Shown one piece after another: positions 12,130 through 24,712 of a stretch of 64,000 nt of DNA (its first letter is position 1; every line of letters starts with the position of its first letter). Below the pieces are notes generated by a model that was not told the DNA's origin, searched no databases, and saw nothing but the letters and a program-made list of their open reading frames with translations. The stretch is from Lama glama. Its lineage: Eukaryota. The position numbers were made by a program, and so were the translations under genes. The stretch covers positions 41,232,001-41,296,000 of the forward strand of contig CM052818.1 in NCBI GenBank assembly GCA_028534125.1, given 5' to 3'.

Positions 12130-12468
12130 GTCCCCAACATTCTTGCTCTTTCATGACCCTGTTTTTCCCACATAATCTTCCTTCTGCTGGAAATGCTCTT
12201 GAGCTTCAGACTTATTAGAGCCAAGCTGACTTACCCATTAGGACTCAGCTTTAACATCTCCTAACTCCTCTAACTCCTCCCAGGAATGGTTTTTCTTGTT
12301 GCACATTAAACTTGTCAGTGTTAAAACTTACCATAGTGTATACATTCCTTCTTCACTGAAGAGTGAACCCTTTGAGGGCAGAAATCATATTTTGTTAATT
12401 TTTACATCTCTGCTCTTGGTGTAATGCCTGTCACAGAAAGGCCCTCAATTAATACCCATTAAATGAAC
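12130..12468 (+). mobile_element. L2 3' end
   Basis: gtgaaccctttgagggcagaaatcatattttg...aatgcctgtcacagaaaggccctcaat...aaatgaa matches the L2 terminus. Confidence 0.8.
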
Positions 12469-13731
12469 TATTCATTCATTTATTTATTCATGCAACAAAT
12501 ACAACTTAAGAAATGTTGTTGGAAGCAAATAAACCACATTGGCAGTTCCCTGGAACAGCTGGAGGATTAGATTTAGGGTCTATTGTTATTCACTAGGCAG
12601 GCTGAGCTCTGCTCTGCTTTAGTCACAGGTCTTCTCTAGCTGCTTACCTTAAAAGCTGGCTTTATATTCACACAGCTGCCTGTGTCCATGGCAACTGAGA
12701 TTCGTGAATACAGGTTCTGAAACGCACTCTTTCTAGAAAGTCAGGGCCTCTATTAAAACTGTAGTTACGTCTGTAGCCTTCTTAGGCAGGTATTATCTCA
12801 GACCTGCACGGGTGACTGTTTTAACTAAGCAGTAGTGACTTTGTGCAACATGATGTCTACAGTGTTTCCTCTTAGAGCGTCGTGAGCCAGTGATGGATGG
12901 TCTAGCATGCTGAGGTCATAGGATCACATCAGTTGCTGAGACGGATACCTGCAATGAAGGTATATCCTATAGCTTGTGTGTGTCTGGTAGCATCACGGTC
13001 TCAGCGTAACAGAGGTAACAGCTCCATCTGTTGCTTTCCATGGAGGTCTGGAGGTGAGAGTAGCAGTGTCTGTTTCATGTCCCTTGATGAAGGAATTCTA
13101 TGTGGGAACGCTTCCTGTGTGGCGCTGCAGAATCCAGGGATAGGAAATACCCCTTGAGATGAGAAAGCATTGCCTAGATAGAAGTTAGGAATATGTTATT
13201 AGCTCTTTAGATCTATATTATTGGGCAGGTGAGTTTAATCCGCCCTCAACCAGAGGATCTCCTTTTCAATGGAAACCAGGAACTAGAGAGAATTGTGTAG
13301 ATTTTGGAATATTTGTTACATCCTCATGATGGTTAATAAGTAGTCATTTATCTTTTCCTCCAGCGAGCTTATTGGTAATATCCTTACCATGTGAGGAGGG
13401 CTTGGCCTTGTCTTTAGGTGCAGAGAGGAAGTGGTGAGCTGAGGAGAACGGGTATGTTCTTTAGCTTTTCTTGCAGGGAGAGAGCAATCTGGCTTGAGTA
13501 GGTGGCTGAAGCTCTAAAGATTTAGTTTTCTGAGTCCATGAGGCCTTAAACCTTTAGTTTTTGCATCATGGAGAAAACCCATGGATCGCAAGAAATGGGT
13601 TAGGTGGGCAGGGAGGCCAGGGTGCCTAAAAGACTCAGAATAGTAATGCAGTGTTTGTGTACCAACCAGAAGAAAATTAGTTCAGTATTTGACAATCAGT
13701 CAGCTGTACCAGTGTATATTGACTGTCAGCC

Positions 13732-14155
13732 TGTATTGGTTTGCTAGGGTGGCCATAACAAGTAGGTGGCTGAGAACAGCAGGAATTTGTCATTTCACAG
13801 TCCTGTAGGCCAGAAGTTCAAAATCCAAGTGTCAGCAGGGCCATGCTCCTTCTAAGGCGCTAGGAAAGGATCTGTTCCAGGCCTCTCTCCTAGCTTCCGG
13901 TAATCGCTTGGCTTGTGGCCGCATAACTTCAGTCTTTGCATAGTGTTCTCCCGTGGGCATGTCTGTCTCTTCACATGGCATTCCTTTTATAAGGATACCA
14001 GTCACATTGGTTTAGGGGTCCACCCTAGTCCAGTATGACCTCATTTTAACTAGTAACACATGCAACAACCTTATTTCAAAATAAGGTCACATTCTTAGGT
14101 ACTAGAGGTCAGAACTTCAACATATTAATTTTGAAGCAACACAATTCAGCCCTCG
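13732..14155 (-). mobile_element. MLT1B/C (ERVL-MaLR) solo LTR
   Basis: tgtattggtttgctagggtggccataaca...tcacagtcctgtaggccagaagttcaaaatc...cagtatgacctcattttaact...ataaggtcacattc...acacaattcagccc. Confidence 0.9.
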
Positions 14156-15029
14156 CTGTGAAATTTTCTTTGATGTATTTCCTGGTGTACGCGCTCAAGA
14201 ATCCCTCTGCAGTAGATACCTAAGCATGAATCACTGGATCAGTCACGATGAATACCAAAGAACTTGGGAATTGGTTTGAAGCCCAGATGCTTCAGTCCAG
14301 AGATCTGTGAGTTCATTTCCTGATTCGGAGCAGCTGCTCTGTAGGTGAGTAAAGCCTTGTCTTTACTGAAGAAGTCCACTGGAGAAAAGTGAGGAAACCT
14401 ACATCTGAAGATGAATCCCACATAGTATTGAGAGCTGGATAACTCATAAGGTAACGTTTGGTAACTGACCACCAAAGGGTCGCCGTGTCCTCAACACGTG
14501 TTGGCTGAGGGTGCTTCTGCTTCAGAAAACAGAATCAAGGAACACACACTCTGGCTTCATTCTTCTCCTTCCTTTTTGTAATGGCTTCTTCTTCTAATGG
14601 CTTTCTCAGTGGCTTTCTGTTCTGAAGTGTCTCCAATTATCACAATTGATTTTGGAAAATTATTTTTAACAATGCAAAATGCACTTATTTTTACGGGAAA
14701 GAAGAAACAAAAGAAATGCTTACTTGGTGAGTCCTCTAAATAAGGTGTATCCTAGGCTTTTCCTCACATCATTTCTTAAGAGGAGATGATTTTATCCACA
14801 TTCTTCCAAACAAGAAAATTAAAACTTGTAAAACTCAGATAACTTCCCCCAGAGCAAACAGTAAGTAACTGAGATTTTAATTATGGTCTTTTCCCCTGCA
14901 AACTTTGACAAGTACATCACTGATTCTTTAAAATATTTATGTACCGCAGATTCATTTGTTAAGTGGAAGGTAATAGTTTCGTGATTAGCACAAATGATGC
15001 TAAGACATCATAAGAAGAACATACACAAA

Positions 15030-15240
15030 AGCGAATCAATCCTTTATCAAGCACCTACTGTGTAATAGGTGCTTTTGATCTGTAATTTCTTTGGATGTTT
15101 TTTAAAATTCAGTATTTTTAATTCATTCTTATGATGAAAAAATAAGATTTGGAGAGATGCAATGATTTGCTCAATATCAAGTTAGAAAATGGTAGGCACG
15201 TGGCTTGAACTGTATCTCTGTGAAGTGCCATATCCATCCC
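15030..15240 (-). mobile_element. MIR SINE (degraded)
   Basis: tttatcaagcacctactgtgt...atgatttgctcaatatca...ggcttgaac. Confidence 0.55.
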
Positions 15241-17104
15241 TTCATTCCATTTTTCTCCTGTTCGTAATTTATTAGAAGATAAATTTAATGAAGCTGGGAC
15301 CACATATTATTTTTATATCCTGCTCAGAGTGAATGTGAAATAATTATCTATTGCAATTTTGAATGAAAAAGTTTGCGTATTTTGTTATCAGAGCAGTTTA
15401 AGATAAGAAGGGAAGATTTCAGGATTTCAGAAGACATCTTAGCTGTGGTTTGCAGTTTATGGTAACATTAAATTTATGCTACACATAATCAACTGTGGAT
15501 CCTGTTTCAGAAAAATATACCCAGCTCTCCAAAGTCAGATCTTTTGATTTCAAGGCGAAAAACATGCCATTTTGTAGCAATTTTCCGTATCTCCTCATAG
15601 AGGGATGCCTTATCACACAGTGTAGACATGAGGAACCACAGAGTGCAAATAGGAAAGAGTCAGCCTGGGACATTTAAACCTCTTGTTTTAATCTGGGTAA
15701 AAAGTGAATTCTGTTTTTTGTGAATTTTATATTTCACAAGTTCTGTCCTCTTATAAGAACTTTACATGTAACTTTATATGACCATCGTACAGATAAAAGA
15801 AAACAACCATCTTTATTTGCTGTTCTCTTGCTTAATTTAGCTTTGCTCAATGCCTTCTGAAAAAAGAAAAATTGGCCACTGGGCTGAGATTGGTGAGAGG
15901 GAGGAACTTCTAAGCAGTTTACAGAGTGCCTGCCCCTGAATACCCAGTGAGAAATAAACCTCTTTTTCATACATTTTGTTCAGACACCCAATCCCTCTTG
16001 CCAAAGAAAACCTGTTAAGAGTTTTTGGTAACAAGTTACCAGAGATATCCTGTGGGGCATAAGGCAGGATTTTATGAATGTCTTTACAGAGCTAAGTCCT
16101 AAAGAATGTGCAGGTACCCACCAGACAAACAAGAGAGGAGGCAGCCTTCCAGGCAGGAAATAGCATATACAGGATGTTGAAATATGAAATAACATAGTTA
16201 TTCAATAGTCAGATTAATACTTCAATATCCCTTCCTTTGAGTACATTCTCTTCCTTCTTCTCTCTACTCAGAGGGCAGCCTACCTGTTCATATTGCCAAT
16301 AACTGGATAATTTTAGTACTTGTAAGAATTTTATTCCAGTGATCCAGGAAGCTTATACTTTCATCAAATTTGTGGATAGAGGCTGTATTTTTACACAGTT
16401 CTGCTTAAATCTGAAGAGTGGTGGCATTGCATAGGACCTTAGCACCCGCACCCATCTTCCTCCATGGGAAATAGTTTCCCGAAGTCTGTGTGGACTATAT
16501 AGGTATTGGGAGATGATACACTTCCTCTGTCTCAGTGAAAGCCTTGGTTGGAGATCATGTGTTATTATACAAGATCAATGTCCTAATTAGTCTCCTGCTT
16601 TTAGACTTACAAATTCTACCGAATACTTTCCGCAAGGCATTTTCTGAGAATGACCAAGAGGGAAAATGAGGCTGTATTTTCAGGTTGGGTCCTGCAGTAT
16701 AGGCCTCCTGATGATGATGACAGAGACAGCCATCCCACAGCCTGTCACTGAGAAGGATGAGTCTGCAGAGAACTCTGCACAAAGCATTTCCTGTGTGGTG
16801 GTGTTGTCCCTTCCTGGCAAAAGCCAACAGCCTTTTTAGCAGACCTACCTATTGTCTGAAATGCTTTTCAGCCTCCTGGACAAATTCGATTCCCTCCACT
16901 TTCTATAACAGCAGATGAATGAGTAAAAACAAACTCAGCTAGCTTTCCAGCATGATAAAATATCTGGAGACACAAACACCAAGGAGTTTATGCAAATGAA
17001 ACTACAAAAAAATTGAAGTACAAAATGAGCTAATGTGTTGTAAGAATTTAAAAGGTCATCTAGATGGTTAAGGCTAGATCCCAGAATTTAAATTGAGTAT
17101 CCAT

Positions 17105-17290
17105 AGAATTCAATTAAATCCAACAAATATTAACTCAGTGTCTAGTCTTGTTGGGACATGTTAGCAGGGAGGTGGGGTATGAGAGGCAGGGTAGAAAGGG
17201 AGGGGAATGAGACATAAGCCCTGCCTTCAGGAAACTCTCAGTCTAGGCTCCAAGGGTGCGGGGAGCCAAGAAAAGTGACTATGATAAAGC
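17105..17290 (-). mobile_element. L2 3' end
   Basis: tccaacaaatattaactcagtgtcta...gacataagccctgccttcaggaaactctcagtctagg. Confidence 0.7.
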
Positions 17291-17299
17291 GTGGGGGCA

Positions 17300-17540
17300 G
17301 AAAACCATAATGACGAAATGCCAGGTGCTGGGGTCAGACTGCCTGGATTCGAAGCCTGGCTGCATCACTTAGAGCTGAGTGATCTTGGGCAGAGTGAATC
17401 TCCAAGCCTCAGTCTCATCATCTGTAAACCTGGGTTTCATGTACTAGCTACTTAATAGTGTTATTTTGAAAACTAAATCCCATAACCTTATTAGGACTTA
17501 TTCCAGCACTAACTACATAATGCCTAGTAGGGAGCTGTTT
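17300..17540 (+). mobile_element. MIR SINE
   Basis: gtcagactgcctggattcgaagcctggctgcatcacttagagctgagtgatcttgggca...gcctcagtctcatcatctgtaaa. Confidence 0.85.
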
Positions 17541-18160
17541 CGAAATCTCAGAAGGGGAGTCAAAAAGCAAGTAGGAAAGGTTGACCCCATTGGAGAGATG
17601 ACCAGGAATAAATAACATTTGGAAAAAAAAGAGCGGGATATCAACTGATGGAAATGGGAAGCGAGGCACTTAGCATATGTTTATAGTAGTTGTCTGTTCA
17701 GCTTATAGTCTCTGAGGTCACTGCTCTTGCCCGTCACATTCGTCACCATATCCCCAGGTCCCAGCACCAGAAAGGGATTCATTTATGAATGAAGAATGAA
17801 TGAATTCATGAGCAGGTGAATAAAAGAGATGCCATGAGCTGGGGAGGCAAAATGTATGCCTAGGGTACTGTGTATAAGTAATTCTGCTGGTGAACCCTTT
17901 GCAGGTGAGGCTGGAATGTCAAGTTGGAGCCGGACCATGCAGAGCTTTGAGTACATGGTAAAGAGTCACATCTACAGGCAGTGAAATCATTGTGCTTGTA
18001 TTTCTTTTCCTATAAATTCTGAAGAAAATTTAAAAAGCTGAGCTGTACTGCAGAGTCAGCTGAAATGTAATGAACTCATCGTTCATTTTCCTGCCATCAG
18101 TTATGTGCAAATTAGACATTTTTTTCTGCCTATAAATTGCTTAATCTAAGTTTGTGCTGC

Positions 18161-18180
18161 AAAAAAAAAAAAAAAAAAAA
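18161..18180 (+). repeat. poly(A)20 tract
   Basis: Seen directly. Confidence 0.95.
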
Positions 18181-19054
18181 CCACCACGGGCTTAAACTGC
18201 TGTTCAAGCTAACGATGAGGTTGATAGATTCTGTTAGGGTTATTTTCTAGAGCAGGCAAAGTCTGCAGTCACCAAACCTGAAATGGCTGTTAGATAAAAA
18301 CATTGCAGGGCTTCGCTGGTCCCAGGTACTTGGATGTCAGGATTCTTTATAACCCCTGATTCTCTCTGTTCAAACATGTCATGGGCTTCTTGTGAGGTAG
18401 GCCAGTCCGAGGAAATATGATGGTCATTTCTCAGCCTTTGTTTTGTCAGCCTTCAACTCTTCATATTTATGAGAGCTTTTACACGCATTTTCCAAATACA
18501 GCATATCAGTTAATTCTCTGGACAGCTTTGTTCCGTGGATTGTAGCGTCATGACAGAGGAGGATCTGGATCTCACTCAGGTCGTCTGACCCCCAGTGCCA
18601 GACTCTTGTTTCGAAACCATGTGACTTCCATGGACTGTCAGTGTTTTCTTCTGAACTTTCCAGAATTCTTCCTGCAGGGATTGCTTGTGTGTGATGCTTC
18701 ATCTTCAAGCTACAGAATGGTTTTCTGCTTTTATGGTGTCTCCTTGATTGATGTTTTATACAACTATTCTTATTTTGATCTCTTTCTGTTTTGAAATCTG
18801 ATTATCATTTCTTATCTTAATCCAGAAAAGCACCAGAGAAACTAATCCAGTAATCCATTTGATTCCCTTTTATAATGCCTCTCAATCAGCTAATAGTGGC
18901 AGGCCCAGCCAAAACTTATGAGTAAGACTCCAAGGGAGACATCGAAAGACATTCATCTGGGTTTTTGTGTGGAAGGATGAGAAGAAAGGAGGTAGATGCA
19001 TGTCCAATGCCTCACTAACAAGTGTGTTCCTACCGGAAGCTGAAAGAGGGACAG

Positions 19055-19600
19055 GGTTGTGAAGCAGAAAATATATGGGCTTGGGAGTGAAACATACCTG
19101 GGGGAACTGGTTCAGACAATCTCAAGCTATCAAAACTTGATCTTGACCTTGAGCTAAGACACTGAGCCTCAGTTTTCTCATTTGTAATATGGGTTTAGTA
19201 ATAGTTAAATGATAGTCACTTATTTGAATTCATTTATGAGTCCATAGATATTTATCAATTACCTAGTACGAGACAGGCATTGTGCTAGTTACTGGGGATG
19301 GATCCATGGATAAAAATAAAATAAGACGTGATTTTAGAGTCTAGAGGAGAAGACAGAAACTGTACAGATAATTATGCAATCATATAATTACAATTGGGAT
19401 AAAGCTTATGGAGGAATGAGACAAGATGTTTTGGAGTGTTCTAGTACAGTTTGAGGGATCATGAAGCCCCAAAGTTGAGATAAAAATGATGAATAAGATG
19501 AGTTGCCTTATAGGACTGTTGTGAAGATCATGGGTTATACTTATTGAAGAGTCTAGCCTAGCACCTGGGACATAATAGTCATCAATAGTCATAGTGAGAA
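19055..19600. mobile_element. MIR (+) interrupted by an L2 3' end (-, about 19220-19480)
   Basis: MIR core ctgagcctcagttttctcatttgtaa at about 19160, L2 terminus atatttatcaattacctagtacgagacaggcattgtgctag, and MIR tail gcacctgggacataatagt at about 19560. Confidence 0.7.
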
Positions 19601-20399
19601 CAGTGGTGTTGGACTAGGTGGCTGCCCACTTCAGGTATTTTGAGATACTCCAAGGAGGGTTTCCCCATCATCCCTCTTTCCCTAGCTCTGGTCCCTCTTC
19701 TAGAGCACCAAGTCCTGTTTCCCCGGGTTCAATGGCAACTCCTCAGTGCTTCATTCTGAGTCATGCTGTGTTTCTGACTGATATAACATCAGCCCTAAGA
19801 GTTACTCATAGGAACGAGTTCTTCTAATCCATGGTAGGTTACTAATAATTGATAAAAACATCCCATCCGGAAAGCAACTTTTATTAAGGCAAAAAAAAAA
19901 AAAACATAAGATCGATCTCTGAGGACGGAAGAGAGTCTACACAGTGTGGGTGTGTGAGAAGAACGTCAGATAGAGCAGTCGGGAGCTCTCATACTCATGT
20001 TAATAGAAAGAGATCAGGATGTTTGAAAACATGCTGACTTCCTGAAGAAGTCTATCCAGGAAGCCTGCAGGAAGTCTGTTTTCTAATGTCAAAAGTGTTT
20101 CCTGTCACATTCACAATCCATCGAATCTTTTAATTAATTATAATAATGTTGGCCCCTCATGTTTCCTGGGAGTTTCTGACTGACAGAGCCCTTCCGCCAT
20201 CTTGATCCCCTTTGATCATCTCCCCGGACCTGGAGATGGCCAACTATGCATCTGTCAGTAAGAGGAGATTGTTTCTGTGTTGCTGGGACCTTCTGTGGCC
20301 TTCTAAAGACTGAGGCAAAACTATACCCATCTTTACATCTTTTACCTATGTAGTCTTTTTGAGTACCTGTTAATTCTTGGTCCTGAGTCAGAAGCTGTG

Positions 20400-20700
20400 G
20401 GCAAAGAATAAATCAAAATAGTTTCTACTTTCAAGGAGCTCACAGTCTAGTGTTTTGATGCAGCAAAGCAGCAGGAGGTGTGACAGCACAGATGAAGGAA
20501 TGATTAACTTGTAGGTGTATTGGGAAAGGGCCTCAGAGAGAGGGACGTATCTGGATAGTGCATGAAATGAGGTCTGCCTACCAGAGATAGGCATGATGGC
20601 CGTTCTAGGCAGTGAATTACCTGTGAATATACAAAGCAGAGTGAAAAAGCATAACTTTGCCAGATGATGTGGTCTGAACATATTTAAGAATCATTGGTTT
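20400..20700 (-). mobile_element. L2 fragment
   Basis: tttcaaggagctcacagtctag...gggaaagggcctcagagagaggg. Confidence 0.7.
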
Positions 20701-21054
20701 AAGTAAACATATTCTATTTTGAGGCTTATTGAGTGATGGAGAGGGGGAGAGGAAGGAGTAAGGCAGGGAATGGAGGCAAGGAAGTAAGGAAGAGGAAGGA
20801 AGGAAGGAAGGTGAGGGAGAAGGCAGAAGTTGCTGAGTCATAATTGCTGTCTCTGGTATTAAAAAGATGAGTGTGACATCATATACCGTAGACTCATGGG
20901 TTCACAGGTTAGAGTAAAGATACCCAAATCTCATTAGCTTCATGCACTTGACCAAACTGTCACCCTCATCTCCCTTGTCCACATAGGTGAGTTGGCCTCG
21001 TAGCAAATTTATATCACTGAGAATTCTTTCCCTGTCTTCCTAATTCTAAACACC

Positions 21055-21290
21055 AATGACTTTGGAACTTGATAACCTGAGGTTTGAACCGCAGCCTTTC
21101 CATTTATTTGTGCATGACCTTGAACAAGCTTCTTAACCTCTCTGAGCCTCAATTTTTTAAATAACATAGGGACATGGTTCCTCTCTTGTATTGCTGCTGA
21201 AAGGCTCAGATATACCTTATATAAATATCTGATTATGATCCCTGATTTTTAGGAGGCACTCAGTGAATCGATGTTTTTGTTATTATTATT
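21055..21290 (+). mobile_element. MIR SINE
   Basis: tgaccttgaacaagcttcttaacctctctgagcctcaatttt...aggcactcagtgaat. Confidence 0.8.
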
Positions 21291-22379
21291 TCTGTCATTT
21301 TTGTTTTCAATAGTAATACTTATAGTATTAATTTTATCTCATTTTTTTTTCTACACTAGACTGTAAAATCTGTGGAGAAATATGTTGGACCTTATCCTTC
21401 CATAGGCACCTGACTGGTCCTGGTGCTTAGTAAATATTTGGTGATTGACTGATAGAAAAATCTGTGGTGATTAAAAGTGTAGGTTGAGAGAGTAAATTCC
21501 TGTGCATATATTTGATGTTAATTTTATTTAATGTTTCACATGCTGTATAGAATTTACTGGAACTTCACAAAATGGGAAAATAGATAAAGTTCAATAATAA
21601 AAGGGATAAGCAATCTCTGAACATTTCAGAGAGTCCTTAATGCTATATATACTGCCCCAAAATGGATAGAGGGTTTGTGTCTAAGGAGGGACAGGATGTG
21701 AGGAAATCCTTTGAGTCATGCTGTCTAGTGTCTCTTGTATGTAATTATTTGTTTTGAGCAAGGCATCCTTCTCATCGAATTAACGCTGTCTGAATAGAAG
21801 GCACATGGGAAGATTCTCAAAAGTGAATGTGAGTGGGAATCACATGGAGAAGCTTAACAGATTGCAGGGTTCCAGCTTCAGAGATCTTGATTCAAAACTT
21901 CAATCCTATTTTGTTCAAGAATGAATCCAGATGCTGAGGTCCCACCTAGGACACACCCCATCTTGGGCTCTGCCCCAGGCTGAGACATGGAAGTGCTTGT
22001 GCTCATACAAGGGCCACCACTTCAGCCAATGCTGTCACCTAATGATGTGGCCTTTTGAGCCAACAGATAATTGTCCTTTCTAATGGCCCTGCAAGATGGG
22101 CCATAATTCAGGAATTTGCTCATTGTGTGCCCTGTTGACTGATTATCCACATCTACTATATACACACTTGGACATACTTAGTTTTTATATCAGTTGAAAT
22201 CCCAGGTCCGCAGCCACTTATCTGAGCGGCTGCACATGATAAACTTACATGCTGCTACCGCCACCGCCACCTGCACACTAAGGGCTGTCACCGCTGGTAA
22301 TTACAGGTGCAGAGGCTGCTTTGTCTCTGGGTGTCTGCCACATCCCCAGAGTCTGACGGAGGCTTTAAAGTATCCCCTG

Positions 22380-22525
22380 GAGGTGTATTAGCTCCTTACT
22401 ATGATATGGAATCCTTGGCTCAGAGAGGTTATGTATCATGCTCAAGGTCACAGTGTTGGCAAGCAGGAGAGCTGTGATCTAAATCCAGTTCTGTCTGGTT
22501 CCAAAACCCCTGCTCCTTCCCCTGA
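22380..22525 (-). mobile_element. MIR SINE
   Basis: ggctcagagaggttatgtatcatgctcaaggtcacag...ctgtctggttccaaaacccctgctc. Confidence 0.8.
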
Positions 22526-23452
22526 AATTAAGGGGAGGCAAATTATGTCTTTTCCTTATTCGTACAAGATTAGTATTTAATTGTAACATTTTAAATCTCT
22601 AGATGAGAGAAGATCCACTTTTACTTTATCAAAGTGAGAATTTAGACTGATTTTTCACATTTATTATTTTAGATTCTTCTTGTACTTTCAGTCAGAGATT
22701 TGATGTGAGGTTGAGCGACTCAAGGGGGTACCAGGAAAAGGGGCATAACCATCTTTGGGCAGAGCCTTGGCTAAGGTCTCCAAATGCAGATGTTTGAATG
22801 CAAGAGATGAAATACAACCTTCTGAAGTCCTCATCTCACTATTAATTGTTAAACCAAAGAAATACTATTTGCTGCACGTATTTCTAGAGACCTTAGAAAT
22901 GGAACAGCGTCACCAGCAACCCCTCTGCAGAGGACAGCCTGATAGTCCAGCGAGAATGGGACAGACCAGAAGCTGTTCACTCTCAAAAACAATCCGACTG
23001 CATTGCAGAGTCCGAGGAACCAGCGTGTGGAAAACAACAGCCACGAGCGTGAGCCAGGGCTCTGCTAGCAAAGTGGTGAAGTGCAGCTGCGCTTCGAGAC
23101 ACACAGAGATGGCGTGTGCACGGAGATAATGCAGAGAGGACATTTGCATTTTTTTTTATAAGATGAGCAGAAAACAACTCCTCCCTAAAAAGAGGTTTAG
23201 ATGAAAGCTTCCTGACAGTTGAAAACAAAACGGCAAACATGATTTCCTACACTGGGGAAACCAGGACCTGAGTGTGCACCACGGAATGACCTTACCGAGA
23301 AAACACATCTAGAAGTCACTCAACAATGGGTGCTGGACAGAGTAAGATGCACGGTTGGTGAGAACATGTGCAGTGAGATTTAGGGATGCCTTGAGGGCCA
23401 GGCTTCTGACTCGCCATCAAGGTTATTTCTCAGGTTGCACATTTAGCGTTTC

Positions 23453-23580
23453 GGCTGTTTCATTTAGGAGGCTATTCCAGGTAGAAAGTTTTTCCAGCTA
23501 GGGGCCGGATTGGGAGGCTGTTCCAGTTAGGGGGCTATTTCATTAGAAAGGCTATTCCAGTGGAGGGGCCACCCCAGTAA
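23453..23580. repeat. Degenerate 17-bp minisatellite (about 8 units, GGCTATTCCAGTTAGRR) inside an L2 relic
   Basis: Units start at 23453, 23470, 23487, 23504 (short), 23516, 23533, 23550 and 23567. Confidence 0.8.
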
Positions 23581-23789
23581 TCAAGGCAAGAAATGGTGGT
23601 GGTTGTGTGAGGACAGTTATAACAGGTAGATGCAGCAGGTGTATAGATCCAAAGTAGGCCTGGCAAGATTGACTAATGGGTTAGATGTTGACTCGGCCAG
23701 CTGGGGGTGGGGTTTGGGGAGGAATGAAAGGAACAATGAAGAATTCTTCCTGCCCAGCCTTTTACATTATGTAGGAATATGTGCAACTT

Positions 23790-24060
23790 CAGAAGTCCAA
23801 CTTTCTATTGTTGGACAGCTGATTTGAAGGCCAAATTTCCATATATTGAGCTTAAACCTGTCTCCCTGAAACTTCTCTCACTGATCTGAGACTTAGCTTT
23901 TGAAATTACAGAGTGTAAGTCTACCGCTTCCTCCTTCCAAATGTTTAAAGGCAGAGATTATAAGCCCCCTGTTCTCCTGCACACACACTGTAAGTTTGCT
24001 CTCCTCCAAGCGAGATGTGCTCTGTGTATTCACGTGATCCTTTCACACATGGAGTTACCT
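23790..24060 (-). mobile_element. L3/CR1 LINE fragment
   Basis: ttggacagct...atattgagcttaaacctgtctccctgaaacttc...ccttccaaatgtttaaaggcag resembles the reverse complement of L3. Confidence 0.65.
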
Positions 24061-24174
24061 GACTTTACTTCTGAAACAAACTTGCTTATGTGAATTAGGA
24101 TTTCTTAGAGGCTCATCCTTTCCATCCTCTGGATGACATTAGAGGTGGGATCAGTGAGATCTGGAATCCCTAAT

Positions 24175-24712
24175 CACTGTTTCAGAAATGTGCTGTGCAC
24201 TGGAATCACTGGGTAAGTTTAAAAAATTCTGACATCTGTGCCCCATCTCGAGAGTCTGATTTAGTTGGTATGGGGCCCAGTCCAGACACCCAGAGTTTCG
24301 AAGTCTCCCCAATTGATTCAAATATTCACCAAAATTTGTAAACTTCTCCTATTTTGATCCTTGTTGTTCTAAATGTGTTTCTTAGACCAACAGCGTTGGC
24401 ATCCCCCAGGGCTTGATAGAAATGTAAGGATCTCAGCCCTCACCAGCCTCCGTCCTACTGAGTCAGAATCTTCATCTTAACCTAGCACTCAGGTGATATC
24501 TTTGCACATTAAAGTTTTGGAAACATTTGTTTAAGTCGACGGTCCTAAACCTTGGGTCCTCATTAGAATCACAGTGGGGACTTAAAAAAATACAGATCCC
24601 CAGTTCTATACCAAGATATTTGGATGTAATTGTTCTGGAATATATGCCTGAGCATTAGGACTTAAAAAACCTCCCAAGATGATTCAAATGTGCAGCCCAA
24701 AGAGAATCACTG
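24175..24712. mobile_element. Three adjacent MER5-family (hAT-Charlie) elements: about 24175-24347, 24360-24530 and 24538-24712
   Basis: MER5 motifs gaatcac...ctgatttagttggtatgggg, cctactgagtcagaatc...aggtgat...gcacattaaagttt and cattagaatcac...gattcaaatgtgcagcc...gagaatcactg. Confidence 0.85.

Noticed and set aside
18424..18708. 94-aa minus-strand ORF with a protein-like C-terminal half
   Set aside because: No recognisable homolog, a non-ATG start, and the middle (about 18545-18620) crosses a MIR-like fragment.
22755..23129. Longest gap-free ORF (124 aa)
   Set aside because: TTG start, no recognisable domain, and a length reachable by chance in 64 kb.
23453..23580. Possible CRISPR-like array
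   Set aside because: Contiguous degenerate units with no unique spacers, no cas genes, and a eukaryotic L2 context.
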